A DNA stretch of 62,283 nucleotides, counting the filler, from Sphacelaria rigidula (taxonomy: Eukaryota): the NCBI GenBank assembly GCA_964200075.2. It is 8 parts of 8 records of this genome, joined end to end, with 100 filler letters (N's around TTAATTAATTAA, not from the genome) between each part and the next. Parts side by side here need not be neighbours in the genome. Positions count along the whole stretch, not along the records: positions 46,791 to 54,487 come from CAXNAA020013757.1; positions 54,588 to 62,283 come from CAXNAA020013758.1; 6 more parts are not named here. One strand, 5' to 3'. The number at the start of each line of letters is the position of its first letter. Positions within the stretch are counted from its first letter, which is position 1. Below the pieces are notes generated by a model. That model searched no databases and was not told where the DNA came from. It was given only the letters and a program-made list of their open reading frames with translations. Below, piece by piece: positions 49,444-62,176 of the stretch. The position numbers were made by a program, and so were the translations under genes.

Positions 49444-49984
49444 GAAACATCTCAAGAGACCAACCCATCTCTTTGCGGTACACGCGTTACATTTTTGGTC
49501 TCGCGGATTGGATCATGATCAGCAGCACTCCCCCACCGCGTCGACTCTCGTGAAACTAGCTAGGTCAGACATTTTTTTTTCTGTCTCGTCACGTCCTCTC
49601 GCTTCCGAAGATGAAAAAAAAAACTTGTCAGGAAAAAAAAAACGCTTCTAGCGGGAATCGAACCCACGTTCTCTCGACCCCGATGACGTCAGTCGAGCCA
49701 TAACACCACCGGGCGGGGCACTGCGCTCCACCGCAAAAATCACAACAACGAAAAAATAAGTCGCATTCTGTGCATGGTCAACCACTGCGTATTTCTTCTA
49801 GAAACCCTCTACTATTGACATCTCCAGCAACAAACCAATAACGCAACGAAGCAGCAGCGAACAAAGCACAACATGAGCAAGAGGTAGGTACGACACATAA
49901 CATACCGACCCCACACTCCACCGCTGTTTTGTTGCCCCCCACTATCCGATAGCTTGACCAGCACGAGTTTGCGATCAGCGCAAC

Positions 49985-52033
49985 CTACACTATCGAGAAA
50001 CTAGCACCAGATCGTAGCGCCAATATGGTCGCGTTGTAGGTGCGCGCATCGGAAGCTGTGGCTCTATCGAGGCGCAATTCCCTAAAAACGGCGAGGGCCG
50101 CTCTCCATTCACCACACTTCCCGCATGCCGCTATGGCCGAAACGAAACTCATCGCGTCCGCGGTAATACCCCCCGCTTGCATCTCCCTCAAAAGCGCCAA
50201 AGCCCGCTCCCACTGACCACCGTCCCCACATGCTGTGATCGCCGAGCTGTACGTCACGGCGCTCGGCGCGACACCCTCTACCTGCATCTCCCTCAACAGC
50301 GACAGAGCCTGTTCCCACTGACCGCCGTTTCCGAACGCCGTAATAGCCGCGCTGTAGCTCACCACATTTGGGACGACGCCTTCCACGCGCATGTCCCTCA
50401 AAAGCGCTAGAGCCTGCTTCCACTGACCACGGTCCGCGCAAGCCTTGATGGCCGAGTTGTAGCTCACTACATTCGGAGCGACGCCCTCTCTCTGCATCTC
50501 CCTCAGCAACGACAAAGCTTCGCTCCACCTGCCCCCCTTCCCGCATGCCATGATGGCCGAGCTGTAGCTCACCACATTCGGCGTGATGTTTCCACTTTGC
50601 ATTTCCCTCAAGAGCGACAGAGCCTGCTCCCACTGACCCCCATTGCCGCATGCAGTGATGGCCGAGTTGTAGGTGACCGCAGTCGGGGGAATGCCCTTGG
50701 TCTGCATCTCCGTCATTAACGACAAAGCCTGCCTCCATTGACCCCCATTTCCGCATGCCGTGATTGCTGCGCTGTAGCTCGAAACATCTGGGACGAGACG
50801 ACGTTGGACCTCCATTTCCCTCAGTAGCGATAAAGCTTGTTCCCACTGATCGCTGTCTCCGCACGCTGTGATGGCCGAGTTATAGGTCACCACGGTGGGG
50901 GAGATACCCTCCGTCTGCATTTCCCTCAGAAGGGCGACGGCTTGCTCCCACTGACCTCCGTTACCGCAGGCCGTGATCGTCGAGCTGTAGTTGATAACAT
51001 CCGGGACAATATTCCTCGACTGCATTTCCCTCAACAGCGACAAAGCCCGCTCCCACTGGCCGTTATCCCCGCATGCGGTGATTGCGGCACTGTAACTCAC
51101 TGCATCCGGGGCCACGCCCTCCGTCTGCATCTCCATCAACAGCAAGAGGGCCTGCTGCCAATTACCACCCTTCCCGCACGCTGTTATGGCGGAGCTATAG
51201 CTCACCACGTTCAAGGCTATACCTTCCCTTCGCATCTCGCTCAACAGCGACAAAGCCTGGCGCCACTGACCAGCGTCCCCGCATGCTGTGATCACCGAGC
51301 TGTAGCTCACAACATCTGGGGGGATGCCCTCGCGCTGCATTTCCGACAAGAGCGACAGCGCCTGGTCCCACCGCCCCTCCTTCCGACATGCCTTCATGGC
51401 TGAGTTATACGTTACCACGTTCGGCGAGATGCCCTCCCTCTGCATCTCCCTCAACAGCATCAAACCCTCCTCCCATCGCCCACGCTTGGCGCAAGCATTG
51501 ATGGTCGAGTTGTACGTCACTACATCTGGGTGCAACCCTTCCGCTCTCATAACCTCAAGCAGGGCGACCGCTGCCTGCCATTTGCCAGATCTTGCGGCGA
51601 CGTGAACGGCCGCGTTGTACATATACACATTCACAACCCACCGGGCATCGTCACGAGCTAGAGCCTCCTTCAGGATCTCTTTCGCGTCGTCCCAACTCCG
51701 TCGCACCGCTGCTTCCTTCAACCGAGCCATGTAGGCATCGCGAACAGTTCGAGTAGGTGTCCGTTCCCTGTACCCCTCCCCGACACCTCGACGTCCGCCG
51801 TGCCGTTGTGTATTTCGAACGCCGCCTCGATCAGTTCCCCCACCGCCTCTGTGACCCTGTGTGCCACTAACCAGAGGCTTATCCGCCTCCTTAGTAGTGG
51901 AAATGGAGGTAAGTAGGCGAGCGACAACCGCACTGCGAGATGCGCGCCATCGCGCGGCGATGTTGACTGACACGTTCGCTGTCGCCCGCGTGGCACAGCG
52001 AAAGACCATCAGGGCGACCAGATACGGCTCGAT
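49985..52033 (-). CDS. P-class pentatricopeptide repeat (PPR) protein; one large exon with 15 complete repeats plus a partial 16th
   Basis: Tandem 35-aa units VVSYSSAITACGxGGQWEQALSLLREMQxEGVxPD/N. Likely acceptor TCCTCTCCTGTCGCAG at 52034-52036. The 3' end is either the stop at 49985 or a weak donor near 50007. Confidence 0.96.
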   Translation of the reverse strand: MEPYLVALMVFRCATRATANVSVNIAARWRASRSAVVARLLTSISTTKEADKPLVSGTQGHRGGGGTDRGGVRNTQRHGGRRGVGEGYRERTPTRTVRDAYMARLKEAAVRRSWDDAKEILKEALARDDARWVVNVYMYNAAVHVAARSGKWQAAVALLEVMRAEGLHPDVVTYNSTINACAKRGRWEEGLMLLREMQREGISPNVVTYNSAMKACRKEGRWDQALSLLSEMQREGIPPDVVSYSSVITACGDAGQWRQALSLLSEMRREGIALNVVSYSSAITACGKGGNWQQALLLLMEMQTEGVAPDAVSYSAAITACGDNGQWERALSLLREMQSRNIVPDVINYSSTITACGNGGQWEQAVALLREMQTEGISPTVVTYNSAITACGDSDQWEQALSLLREMEVQRRLVPDVSSYSAAITACGNGGQWRQALSLMTEMQTKGIPPTAVTYNSAITACGNGGQWEQALSLLREMQSGNITPNVVSYSSAIMACGKGGRWSEALSLLREMQREGVAPNVVSYNSAIKACADRGQWKQALALLRDMRVEGVVPNVVSYSAAITAFGNGGQWEQALSLLREMQVEGVAPSAVTYSSAITACGDGGQWERALALLREMQAGGITADAMSFVSAIAACGKCGEWRAALAVFRELRLDRATASDARTYNATILALRSGASFSIV

Positions 52034-52289
52034 CTGCGACAGGAGAGGAACATGAACAACGTACACGAGGCCAGAAACAGTGCGGGAGGAGGGGGGGAGA
52101 ACGGAGCTGTTATGTTTTCAATTCATCAACAATCGTCCAGTAGGCACTAGGGGGTAAACGTTCCTGTGTGCACATAAGCGCCCGCACCTAGGGTCAAAGC
52201 TCATATGAGTAGGGCGGAACGAGCACGGTGTCGAGTTGACAGGAGGTGTTAGTGGGTTGGACCCTCACACTTACCTTGAGCAAAGATTT

Positions 52290-52547
52290 CACGTTTCGGA
52301 CGAATCATCGCCGGTTCGAATCACCAAATCCACGATTTCTCAGGCCTGATTGCTCGAAGGAGACAAAAAAGTCGACCGCTGGTCAAACGGGTCTCCACGC
52401 GACTTTTGCGCCATTCAAGGTGTCTGGGCTGCGCATACCTGGGTTGCAACGTTGAAAACACAGCCTGAGGATTGATTCGTACGGTACGAATCAATAACAC
52501 CGAAATCAAGTAATTTCCGGACGAATTCATGATTCGTCCGACCCTTG
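52290..52547 (-). mobile_element. 258-bp hAT-type MITE, second copy
   Basis: Exact 8-bp TSD AAAGATTT (52282-52289, 52548-52555); TIRs CACGTTTCGGACGAATC / GATTCGTCCGACCCTTG. Confidence 0.85.
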
Positions 52548-52682
52548 AAAGATTTCGAACGCTCGAGGCGCCTGCCCCACATGAATGCCGCGAGGCGGTC
52601 TAGCAGAGACTCTGGGTAATCGGCACACGAACCCGCTTGCGTAGTTACAGTAGTGTTGGGTGAGATTTCCTCCTTCCATTGA

Positions 52683-52784
52683 CCCTTACACCGCGGTGCG
52701 GGAAGTCCATCTGGACCATGCATACTTTTTTCAAGTGAATATTGATGCCGATTCAACAGGTGACCGACCCTCGCGGTCAAAGGA
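52683..52784. mobile_element. piggyBac-type MITE, copy 3, nested in another repeat
   Basis: TTGA / TTAA flanks; the paralogous empty site TCCTTCCA-TCAA-GGAAA is at about 45451-45467. Confidence 0.75.
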
Positions 52785-54414
52785 TTAAGGAAAACATAAT
52801 AATAAAATACAAAAAAATAAGTGGCCCCCACTGGACATACGTCACATTTCGACCACGAGCAGTGAACACTGCAACCAACATTCGGGTATCAGCTAAGCCA
52901 AAATTCTCCACAGATAAGCTGCGAGCTGGAAAGTTTTACCGGAAACTTCCTCGGCTCCACTCTCCAGCGGGGTCGAAATTTCGAATTTATTGTCTTACCC
53001 GTTTGGAGGTGTTTCTACGTATCAAGTCGAACATACATCCACACACACAAACATCGACTACCGGTAGTTTGCAAACAAGTTGCCCTGAGATCATACCCCC
53101 ATTTTGTTAAGTAGGCGCAGACGTAAGGTTCGTACATACATACACACACAGACAATTGTGCAAACGTGGACGCAGGATGACCCTACCCCATTGTGTTCAG
53201 CGGGCGTAGGCGTTGGGTTTCAAGAGGGCACAGTAAGGGCCGTTCTTAACGTTGGGTGGTGTACCTCCAGAAATTCTCCACACACTTTCCCACTTCCCTC
53301 CTGTGAAAAGGAGGAAAAAGGTATGTTTCATGCCAAGCCGTTTGGAACCCACGTCCACATTCCACATTGCACATCCCATCACACCGAGTCATCACATCGT
53401 CTCAGGTCAGCAGCGCCAGGGTTTAACAGCATCAAATCATGATCACCACCAACAACAGAAAAATCGCATCTGCAGTGCAGTCACATGGTGTACGCAGTAA
53501 GTATAGGGGCTCCGTATGCCTCAACCTACGTGAAATGAGCAACAATGCTATCATAATCCTCGGGTGCGCCTACCTACCAAATTTGGAAATAAAAACGAAC
53601 ATCGCAATGCATGCAAAAAACGCAATGCACGTTTCCGAATTGAAGAGAAAAAATCGAGAGAAAAAAAAAAATGGAAAGTGTGGATAGAAAACGTGCAAAA
53701 ATCGAAAAAAAGTACCCGAGTTGCAACCTGAGGGGAAAAAACAATCAAACAAACGAAAAGCGGGTTCTCTATGGTACAGATTCTGGAAACACGTCTGGAT
53801 ACCCAATTCTTTCGATACAGTATGTACTTTCCGCTGTGAATCACACGCTGTAGTGGGTGATCAAAAACATATCGCCCAAGGTGCACCGTGTTCTCGAAAG
53901 TTGTGGACACCATCCGCACGAGGATGGGCGTGATCGATGATGGTTTTGTCATCGAGCATGAGCGATGAAAAATTATTCAAGGGGTGGTCCTATTCACCCA
54001 ATTTCCGCAGATTTTTCCGTCTTAGACCGCTCCTAATGACAGACGAAAATATAAAAATCTGGAAAAGCGCCTTTTTGCAGCTTTTACGTCGTTTTACGCC
54101 CCAAAGGAGAGCTAGGCGGAGTTCGACACCTCGGCGTGACTTGCTCCACTAGTTGAGGCGGTTCCAGGACATCTTACCGTCTTCCGATGGCCGCAGCTTT
54201 CATTCTGGTCAAACAATAATGTTTGTCCAAGAACGGTAAAACACAGTCAAATCTAGAAAAAATTGCCACTCTTCTCTGGACTTGCTTGTTTCACCGTTCT
54301 TGGACAAAAAAAAATCTGTGCCCATAATGAAAACTGCCGCCATAGGAAAACGAGGTTATGTCCTGGAACCGCCTCAACTAGTAGAGCAAGTCATTCCAAG
54401 GTGTCGAACTCCGC

Positions 54415-54487
54415 CTGTTGTGTGTTGTTGTGTGTGTTGTCGTCCCATTTATTCTGGGCGCCAGTCTACACCTTTCGGTATATGTGG
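54415..54487 (-). mobile_element. 3' end of SINE family A at the contig end
   Basis: Matches 23240-23296. Confidence 0.7.
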
Positions 54488-54587
54488 NNNNNNNNNNNNN
54501 NNNNNNNNNNNNNNNNNNNNNNNNNNNNNNNTTAATTAATTAANNNNNNNNNNNNNNNNNNNNNNNNNNNNNNNNNNNNNNNNNNNN

Positions 54588-54663
54588 GAAAGGATGGCTG
54601 ACACACTTATGAGCCTCTTTTTTCGTGCAACCAAATACCCCCCCCCCTATCGTAGGATGACTC
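54588..54663. mobile_element. Terminus of the (C)n-TATCGTAGGATGACTC element
   Basis: Matches 15628-15705. Confidence 0.65.
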
Positions 54664-57600
54664 GACGGCACTTGGCAGACTCTACACCACAGTGACGGTG
54701 CATAACTGCAGGGCACATGGCGTCTAGGTCGCCTTCACCCATTTTTCAAAGGGCGGGATGGTGCTGTCGGAACGTGCATGAGCGCGATGTTGTGCATGAC
54801 GTGAGTCTGCAGTCGAGATTACCTGCAGTCGAGATTACCTCAAACTGCTGTAATCACACCCAGTACTGTACAGGGCAGTGTCGCAGCACCCCCGGCGGCA
54901 CGGTAAGGTGACTGCCTGGGATTGCACACCACCATTTCATACATTTAGCGAATGTGCCATCGGCGTTGCCCTCGTTGCTATGAAACTGCAAAGAGTATAA
55001 ACTGCAGCGGGCAAGGCGTGCAGGTCAGGCGGGAAGCATGCTTCACAGGGGCCTGCCGCGCACTGTGGCCGAGCAAGGACCTCATGAGTGTAGAAAAAAA
55101 AGCCGACGGATCGCAGCAAGAAAACAGGAAACCTTCTCTTGTTCCACTTGTCACTCGTACGGGTCTGAAAAATGCGCGTTTGGCCAAAATTGTTGCGTCT
55201 AAGCTATGAACCATCAACCATATCTTGCTCAAAAATCGTCAATTGCAAATGATCAATTTTCCATTGTGAGTTCCAAAAGGGTTAATCCCGTGCTAGTCAA
55301 CCCGGACTGTCTTCCCGGGCCTGTCACCCTGGGACTGTCATCCTCCGATCCCTTGTCCGGGCTTGTCATATTCCCGTCTGGGAGGCCCCCTGTCCGGAGT
55401 CTCCTACGGGCCCATTCTGAGTGTCAACCCTAGCCCATGCCTTGCAAAGTTCGTCCCGTTCAAGTTCACGTCGCGGCTCCGCACACTCCGTACCCTTTCA
55501 CCGAGTGAGAAGCTACAACCTACAGTACACACGCCCACCGTCCGGGTTAGATAAGGCCGCTGTCCGCAGGCCTGTGTCCTATAACTCAACGAATATCCTT
55601 TCAGATATTTTACTGTTTCAATACGTTTTGGCGTATTGATGTGCAGAACGTACGTGTAAAGTTTCAGCTGAAAGAACTCAAATTGGGACGTGCGTTCCAC
55701 TTGTTGTGTGACGCCGCTGCACCTCGTGACATAACTGGTGGCAGAGATTTCCACAATGGCGCATGACCACGAGCTCGAATCCCGACAGATACTTTTCTGT
55801 TTTACAGAATCTGGTTTCGTCGCTGAGATCATATATTATGCAGTACATTTTTTTGCATCTTCAGTGTAGCGGCAGAGAGTGCATCACCAGGTGAGTCCGC
55901 AGTTCACAACGACATACTTACATCAGGTTCCTTCGGGAAGATGAAGTTTTGTGCCGGAGAAATGCGAGCTTTTAGGCTGGCTCAGCTCGTACCGGTACCC
56001 AATTCTACTTTCAAGTGTTACTGCAATTTTCTTACTCCTAACACAAACAAAGTCGACGACCTTAAAAGTGTTACTGTAATTTTCTTACTCCAAACACAAA
56101 AAAGTCGACGACCACACTCGTACCTATTCGCAGAAAGGCATTAACTTACTATTTGGAGCAACGAAGGACAGAGTTGTTCAATCGCCGTGCACATCTCCCG
56201 CGCAAGCGTAGATTTGGGGCCCCTCTTAACGGTACCAAAACACAAAAGCTAAGGGGAGAAGAGCGTCTAAAAGCAGAGCATATTGACTGCTCACCGCGAA
56301 AAATCAGCATGTGCTCCCGGGCGCTTGCTTCACCCTTGGGTGTTTTTTTTTTCGTTTCCGTCAAGATGGGCCCTCACTACTGCTACAGTATAAAAAACAA
56401 ATAGGCGTCACTTCATCATATCACCACCCCAACAAAACCCGCGATTCGTTTCACCTTACGGTCGACGCCGAATTCGCAGGTGGTCACCACCAAACACGTG
56501 CGCCACGGACGCAGGTCAAAAAGCCAACGAGTACGACTTTTCGAAAAGTACGACCAGCATTCAAAACGCTTGCTCCCGGGGCTCACATCTCAACACACTC
56601 GACCACGATCACGAGCCAGCTCACACGTCATACTATGTGTACCACATTTATGTGGTGCAGCAGCATCTACTCTTGCCCCACTCGCAATGCTAAACATAGA
56701 GCACACACAACACCCAACAGCGAGGTGTACGACCATTAGTGGTCATACTCCATCTACTACACAGGAAGTAAGAGGTACTAAAGACGCGTCATCGGCAGAC
56801 ACGGCGATTGACATGTTCCGCCACCGTGATTTGCGGAGACCTGTGGTTGGCCCAATCCCAATACTACAGTTGTTTCCACTTCCAACCAACCAATGCCCTA
56901 ACACCTACGTACAGCACCAACATAAAAAGAGGGGAGTTCGTAGAGAAATATCGCCTTCGTGCAATGTTCCCTCTGAGCCACTTGGTTTCAAGAAGTCTTG
57001 ACGTGATTGATCGAAAAGACGCACTGCAGCGTCCATCTGATGTCCATTTAACAAGCTAGCTCTCGACGCATCCATTCGACCTCCTTCATTCCACAAAAGG
57101 CTGAACAAAGAGGAAATAAGCCTGTGAACAAGCATGTTCTCAATCCATCTCTCTACCCCCCTCTCTCTCCCTACGCTTCAAACACACTACGTGAACGACA
57201 ATAATGGCGCGCAAAGCTCACAATCCACAAAAAAAAAGCTACAGCCAGCGCCTACACCCGCACATATCACTCCGTAATGTCTCACGTCTCCATGTCCAAC
57301 ATGAAAACAACGCACTACAAAACAAAACGAGGAAAATCTCATGAATATATATAAATAAATAAATATATCATACGCCAACACAGTCAACCTACACACACAA
57401 ACACGGCTCAACACCAATCACGCCTTTCCACTCGACCACACGAAAAGCGGAGACAGATCGGAGGGGGAGGGTGAACCCCGCTCCGCCTTCGATACTCTCG
57501 TGCCCACCCTAGTCTTGTAATGGGGGGGTATACAGCAGGTACTGATGCCCATGTGTGTGCGTACCCCGGCGTGGCCCATCTCGAAACCTCGTTCTGCCTT

Positions 57601-60297
57601 CACGACCACGCTATATCCGAGGTTGAATCCACATTTGGGGGAGGTGAAGTCATGATCCATAATATTTGCACCAACGCACAGGAAGTCCCCCGCCTCCCCC
57701 GACCAAACTACAACATTCAACAAACAATGGGGATCTCAGGCATTGGGCGGTGGGTCGCCAGCCCAACATGACCAGCAGCACTATGCTGGCACTCGCCTGC
57801 AGTACTTCTGGTAAAGTGTCACTTACTTCATACTGGCATAGCGGATCGGACTTGTGACAAGATGGGAAATCCACTGTACCCCTACCCGCCCGGCGTACTT
57901 TCACCTCTACCCCAACAACTAAACTAGAGACAAAAATTCCCACATTCTCGACTATCTCTTCATTCACACACACAACAGAGTTACTGGCCCGTGTTGCGTG
58001 GCCGGCCGAAGTTTCCTCGACAGGGACACTTGGTCTCCCAGCCGGTCACGCCTCGCCAAAATACCCTGCACGTTATGCGTTTGAGACGCGAAAAACACAC
58101 GAAACCCGACACCGTGCCCTCGGCGAATAACCCCGCTGGTTTTTCTGTTGTTTTTCTCTTGCCACATATCATACGAACCCAAGATTTGGCTGGTATGCAT
58201 GGACGAATCGATGCATGCGCCACATAAGCACGCAATGCTCACTCACTACAGCACACATGAGGAAAAAAAAAAAAAAAATGACCTTACCAAAAGCACTTAC
58301 CGTCTTTACTGTTGCTCTGTTCTGTTCTGTTGTGTTCCGTTGTGTACTGTACCATCACAACACCCAAAAATTTGTCAACACAACACGAAAACACACGAAA
58401 AAAATGCGTACGAGGAATATAATTCTTGATTCCGACATCGAGAACCGACAGAAAAGCAAACAAGAGACGTAAAAGTGTTGTGCCCGGATGGACGTTCAGG
58501 TGGGGCCGAAATCTTGGATATGCAACAGAGAAGTAGCGCTCCTGCTACCGAAACGAAAAACGACGCACAGGAAATAAAATACGAGTAACAGCCTCAACTG
58601 CCCCCCTACTCGAAAAAGAAAATGTAAATCTCTTCTTTGCCGTATGTTTTTTTTACCCCATGGAACCCGCCTCCTCATTACCCCGTCACACCTGCGAAAG
58701 TATGGGCGACTGGATCATGACCATTGGGGGTACATCATTTCGCAGTGATTCAACCATGGCAATCATCAAGCACAGGACGAACGCGACAGCCTTGGCAATT
58801 GCCGAACGACCGGTTGGTACGGTACATGAAAAGTAACGCCGACGTATGCAAATCTGATCCCATCGTGTTTTGGCTTCTTCTGCTGCCTTCTTTTAAATTT
58901 GGAAATAGTTTTTTATTTGACGCCAAACGGGCGTAGACATCAACTTCATCCTGGCGATATGAAAGGAACATGCCGTACTGAGGGCAAAGAATCCAACTCG
59001 TGGAACCAGAGTATGCATACAAAAACGCTTCGGCCGACATCGAAAAAATCAGGTGCATCTCTTTCAACCCTTGCTGCCATGATAACAGTAAGACAGCACC
59101 TAACGTGAGTATGACGTTTTCCTCAGTACAAGCATACAGGTAAGCCTTGGGGAAAAAAAACGCAACACGTATACGAGTATTGTACATCTCTCTCTATATA
59201 TATCTAAATCTATATAGTATAAGGGACCATGTGTGTACATTCGCGCTGATAAAAGAAGTCGAAGAATTGGCCACCATGCAACATGAAGGAAGCGTCCATG
59301 TTTTTTTTTTCTTGTCTTTTTGAACAAACTGCCGTAAGACGGTGAAAACATCACACGCACTTGTCATGAATACGGCCGCTCACCAACTAGACGACACGTA
59401 CTGCAGCCTCCTCCGCACGCTGCACAGTAGATCATGACACCTACAAAATACTGCTTAAAAAATCGGAAAAATACATTACTTCAAAAACACGTGTGCCGCC
59501 ACCAAACGAGAGGGGAAGGAAAACAAGTACTCTCTCTCTCTTTTCCAACAGACAAAATGAGTTGTGCAACCAACACAACGAAGAAGAAAAAAAAAATGTT
59601 ACGATAGCACAGCTCGAAAAACTGTTCCAATAAAACAAACAATACCGTGAATTTAGAGAGTACATCCATTCATAAACACAGTCACCACTCGCGGAAAATC
59701 CCCTCCCCCTCCCCCCTCCTCAAAAGCACTACGGTTAGCAGCAAATGAGTACGTTCCCCCCCCCTCCCCCTCCAACGCAATGTACAAAGATCAAGAATGC
59801 CGTACTGGTTTCCGTATGTACTGCTGAGCCCGTGTGGGGGGTGCTTGCTCCCCATTTGTTTCAGGTCATCTTCCATTTCTTGTCCCCGTCGTGTCAGCCG
59901 TCTCACTAAAATTAAGCAAGGCATCCCTTGGCATCCGAACCAACCAAGTTACCGGCTCGGTTCATTCTTTTCCCGCCGCATATTCGAGCGCTACAGCTGA
60001 CGGAGCCAGCGGTCAGGCGGTACGGTAGGGCAGACCGGGAAGCGGTGGGCGTGTATATGGGGGAGGGAAGGGGAAGGTTGGTAAGTTTATAAGATACATA
60101 TAGGTATATGTAAAGCCTTCAGGGCCCACGAGAGCGCAGCGATTATCGTAAGAAGGCGTCCACGCAATTCATGCTGGAATTAGTGTGCAAGTCCCTCCGC
60201 GCCCGCGTCGGGGGATGACTGTCCGGGCGAATACCAATGCTAGGGGTCCGGTGCGCGGGTTCGTGCTGCTTCGTGAATGGGTGTACAACCTGCGTTC

Positions 60298-61180
60298 GCG
60301 ACCGCTCTCTCCAGCATTTCGGTGTGCGCTGAATTTACGAGTGAGATACGAACTCACGATGTGATTCATTCTGCTGAGCAGATACGCGCTAAAATGCTGC
60401 CCGCGCATCCCCGCGGAAAAACCGGTGATTTCCCCATGCCTGCTAGGGGTCCAACGCGCGGATTCGTTGCGCGTTACTGCCCGTGCCCTCCCTGAACCGC
60501 TCGCTTCATTCCAACGTGCGCTGATCCGAGGGCAAGTTTTAAATATGAACTCCTTCCCCACGCCTCCCCATTTGAGTTCAGGTCCATTTCACCACAACGC
60601 GTCCGTCACACCGTACCGTGTACGACTTTTTAAAATATAAAAATAAATAAAACGGTGTACGACTTTATCACCAATGAAATACAGCGGGTGTCCGCGTGAG
60701 GGGACGGGCCCTGTAAGCCGAGGACGGTACGGTACAGTGGTGATGGTTTGCACAACACGACACTGATTACAGTAAAAAATCGGGGCAGGACACGTTTCGA
60801 GCTTCTCGTTGGTGGTGCAACGTGTTGAGGTGAGCTTGAACCTCGGCAGATCCATTCTGTTTCTCGTCGGGTGATGCCGTACATCAACCACATGGCAAAA
60901 ACATTAGAGATGGTTTAAGTCGGCGGGGACGCCAACGGGAAAATGTGAGAACCCGCACGCAACTGAACCGCTCGCTTCATCATTTCGGTGTGCGCTGAAT
61001 ATATGAATGACCTGAACTGATACGCACTCAAGATGTGATGAATTTGGCTGCGAGCAGATACGCGCTGAAATGCTGCCCGCGCGTCCCCGCGAAAAATCCA
61101 GAAAATTCCTAGCGCGAGGGGTCCAATACGTGGATTCGTCACGTTACTGCCCGTGCACTCGTTGAACCGATCGCTTCATT
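60298..61180. repeat. Two diverged direct repeats of about 210 bp (60298-60510 and 60965-61180)
   Basis: Shared CATTTCGGTGTGCGCTGAAT, GAGCAGATACGCGCT.AAATGCTGCCCGCGC.TCCCCGCG, GGGGTCCAA, CGTTACTGCCCGTGC, GAACCG.TCGCTTCATT. Confidence 0.8.
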
Positions 61181-62176
61181 ATTCTCGCTTCATTATTTCA
61201 ATGTACTCTGTTTATCGTACCCATAGAGTCGAACAGCATCTGAGAGCGGTCTGTTTGTTTTAACCTTTTCGCGTGAACGTAAGCTCCCCGTTTCTTCGAT
61301 CTGTCTTCGCACTCTATTGATGCTTTCCTGTGTTGACAATAACTTTCAAGTCAAACTAGCAAACGGCGGGCGTGGTTTACCTCACTCGGGGGGATGAATG
61401 TGTAGGTTGTCGCTTCTCACTCGATGTACGAGGACGGCGCGTGTTGCGAATATGTTAGCTCGAGAGGAGCATTCCTTTATAGCTATCTACAGTTCCGCCT
61501 GTTTTCCTTCGATTATGTACTGTTGTTCTGTCTCTTCATGTGTTCAACGCTACACCTCTTGAGGTGTGCCATCGATTCTTTCTTCCCGGGTTGTGTTTTA
61601 CCCTTCCGACACCCTTCAACACATTTCTTTCAATGAGATACACATCCCAACATTTATGTCCGACGACACATTGCTACAAACATCCTCTTCCAACCAAGAT
61701 ACCGTCCATAATGACCAAACGGCAAGTGCAGAATACCATGGACTTGACAATGCCAACACGGAAACTCTACTACAAAAAATTGACGATGCTTCCGCCCCCA
61801 TGACCGTCACCACACGTCACCCGCATTTTCCTTCTCAGACTCCTTACTTCACAACGAAACACGAGGGCTTGGCTGTTCATAACGCGTCACCCGTGACACG
61901 CTAAAAAAGGGACCGCTGACGGCCGAAGGCCGGCGAGGGACCTTGTAATTTAATTCAAATTAAATTGACAGTGAATGTTTGGATTTTGGTCGTTTGGTTC
62001 ATCTATTGTTTTTAGACAAGGGGAAGACAATATACACTACAATTCGTTTGTGAGCAAAAGTTGCCTGCATTCTGCACTCGTGTTGTTGAGGCGCCCGCCA
62101 GATGCCCACCCGCCTACTCGTGGACCTTACGACTATATGAAAATAAGATGAACAAATGAAGCAAAAAGGAATAGCG

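Noticed and set aside
50109..51605. Overlapping ORFs 50109-50864, 50837-51403, 51324-51605
   Set aside because: Alternative-frame or antisense shadows of the repetitive PPR exon.
17986..52033. Functional cluster of kinase, SET methyltransferase, membrane protein and PPR
   Set aside because: Each gene is on a different contig joined only by artificial linkers.
49186..52547. A single Pack-hAT element that captured the PPR gene
   Set aside because: The outer flanks are not duplicated, and the right repeat has its own TIRs and exact TSD.
57420..57960. Ulp1-like protease
   Set aside because: The HW and QxNxxDCG catalytic motifs are not actually present in any frame.
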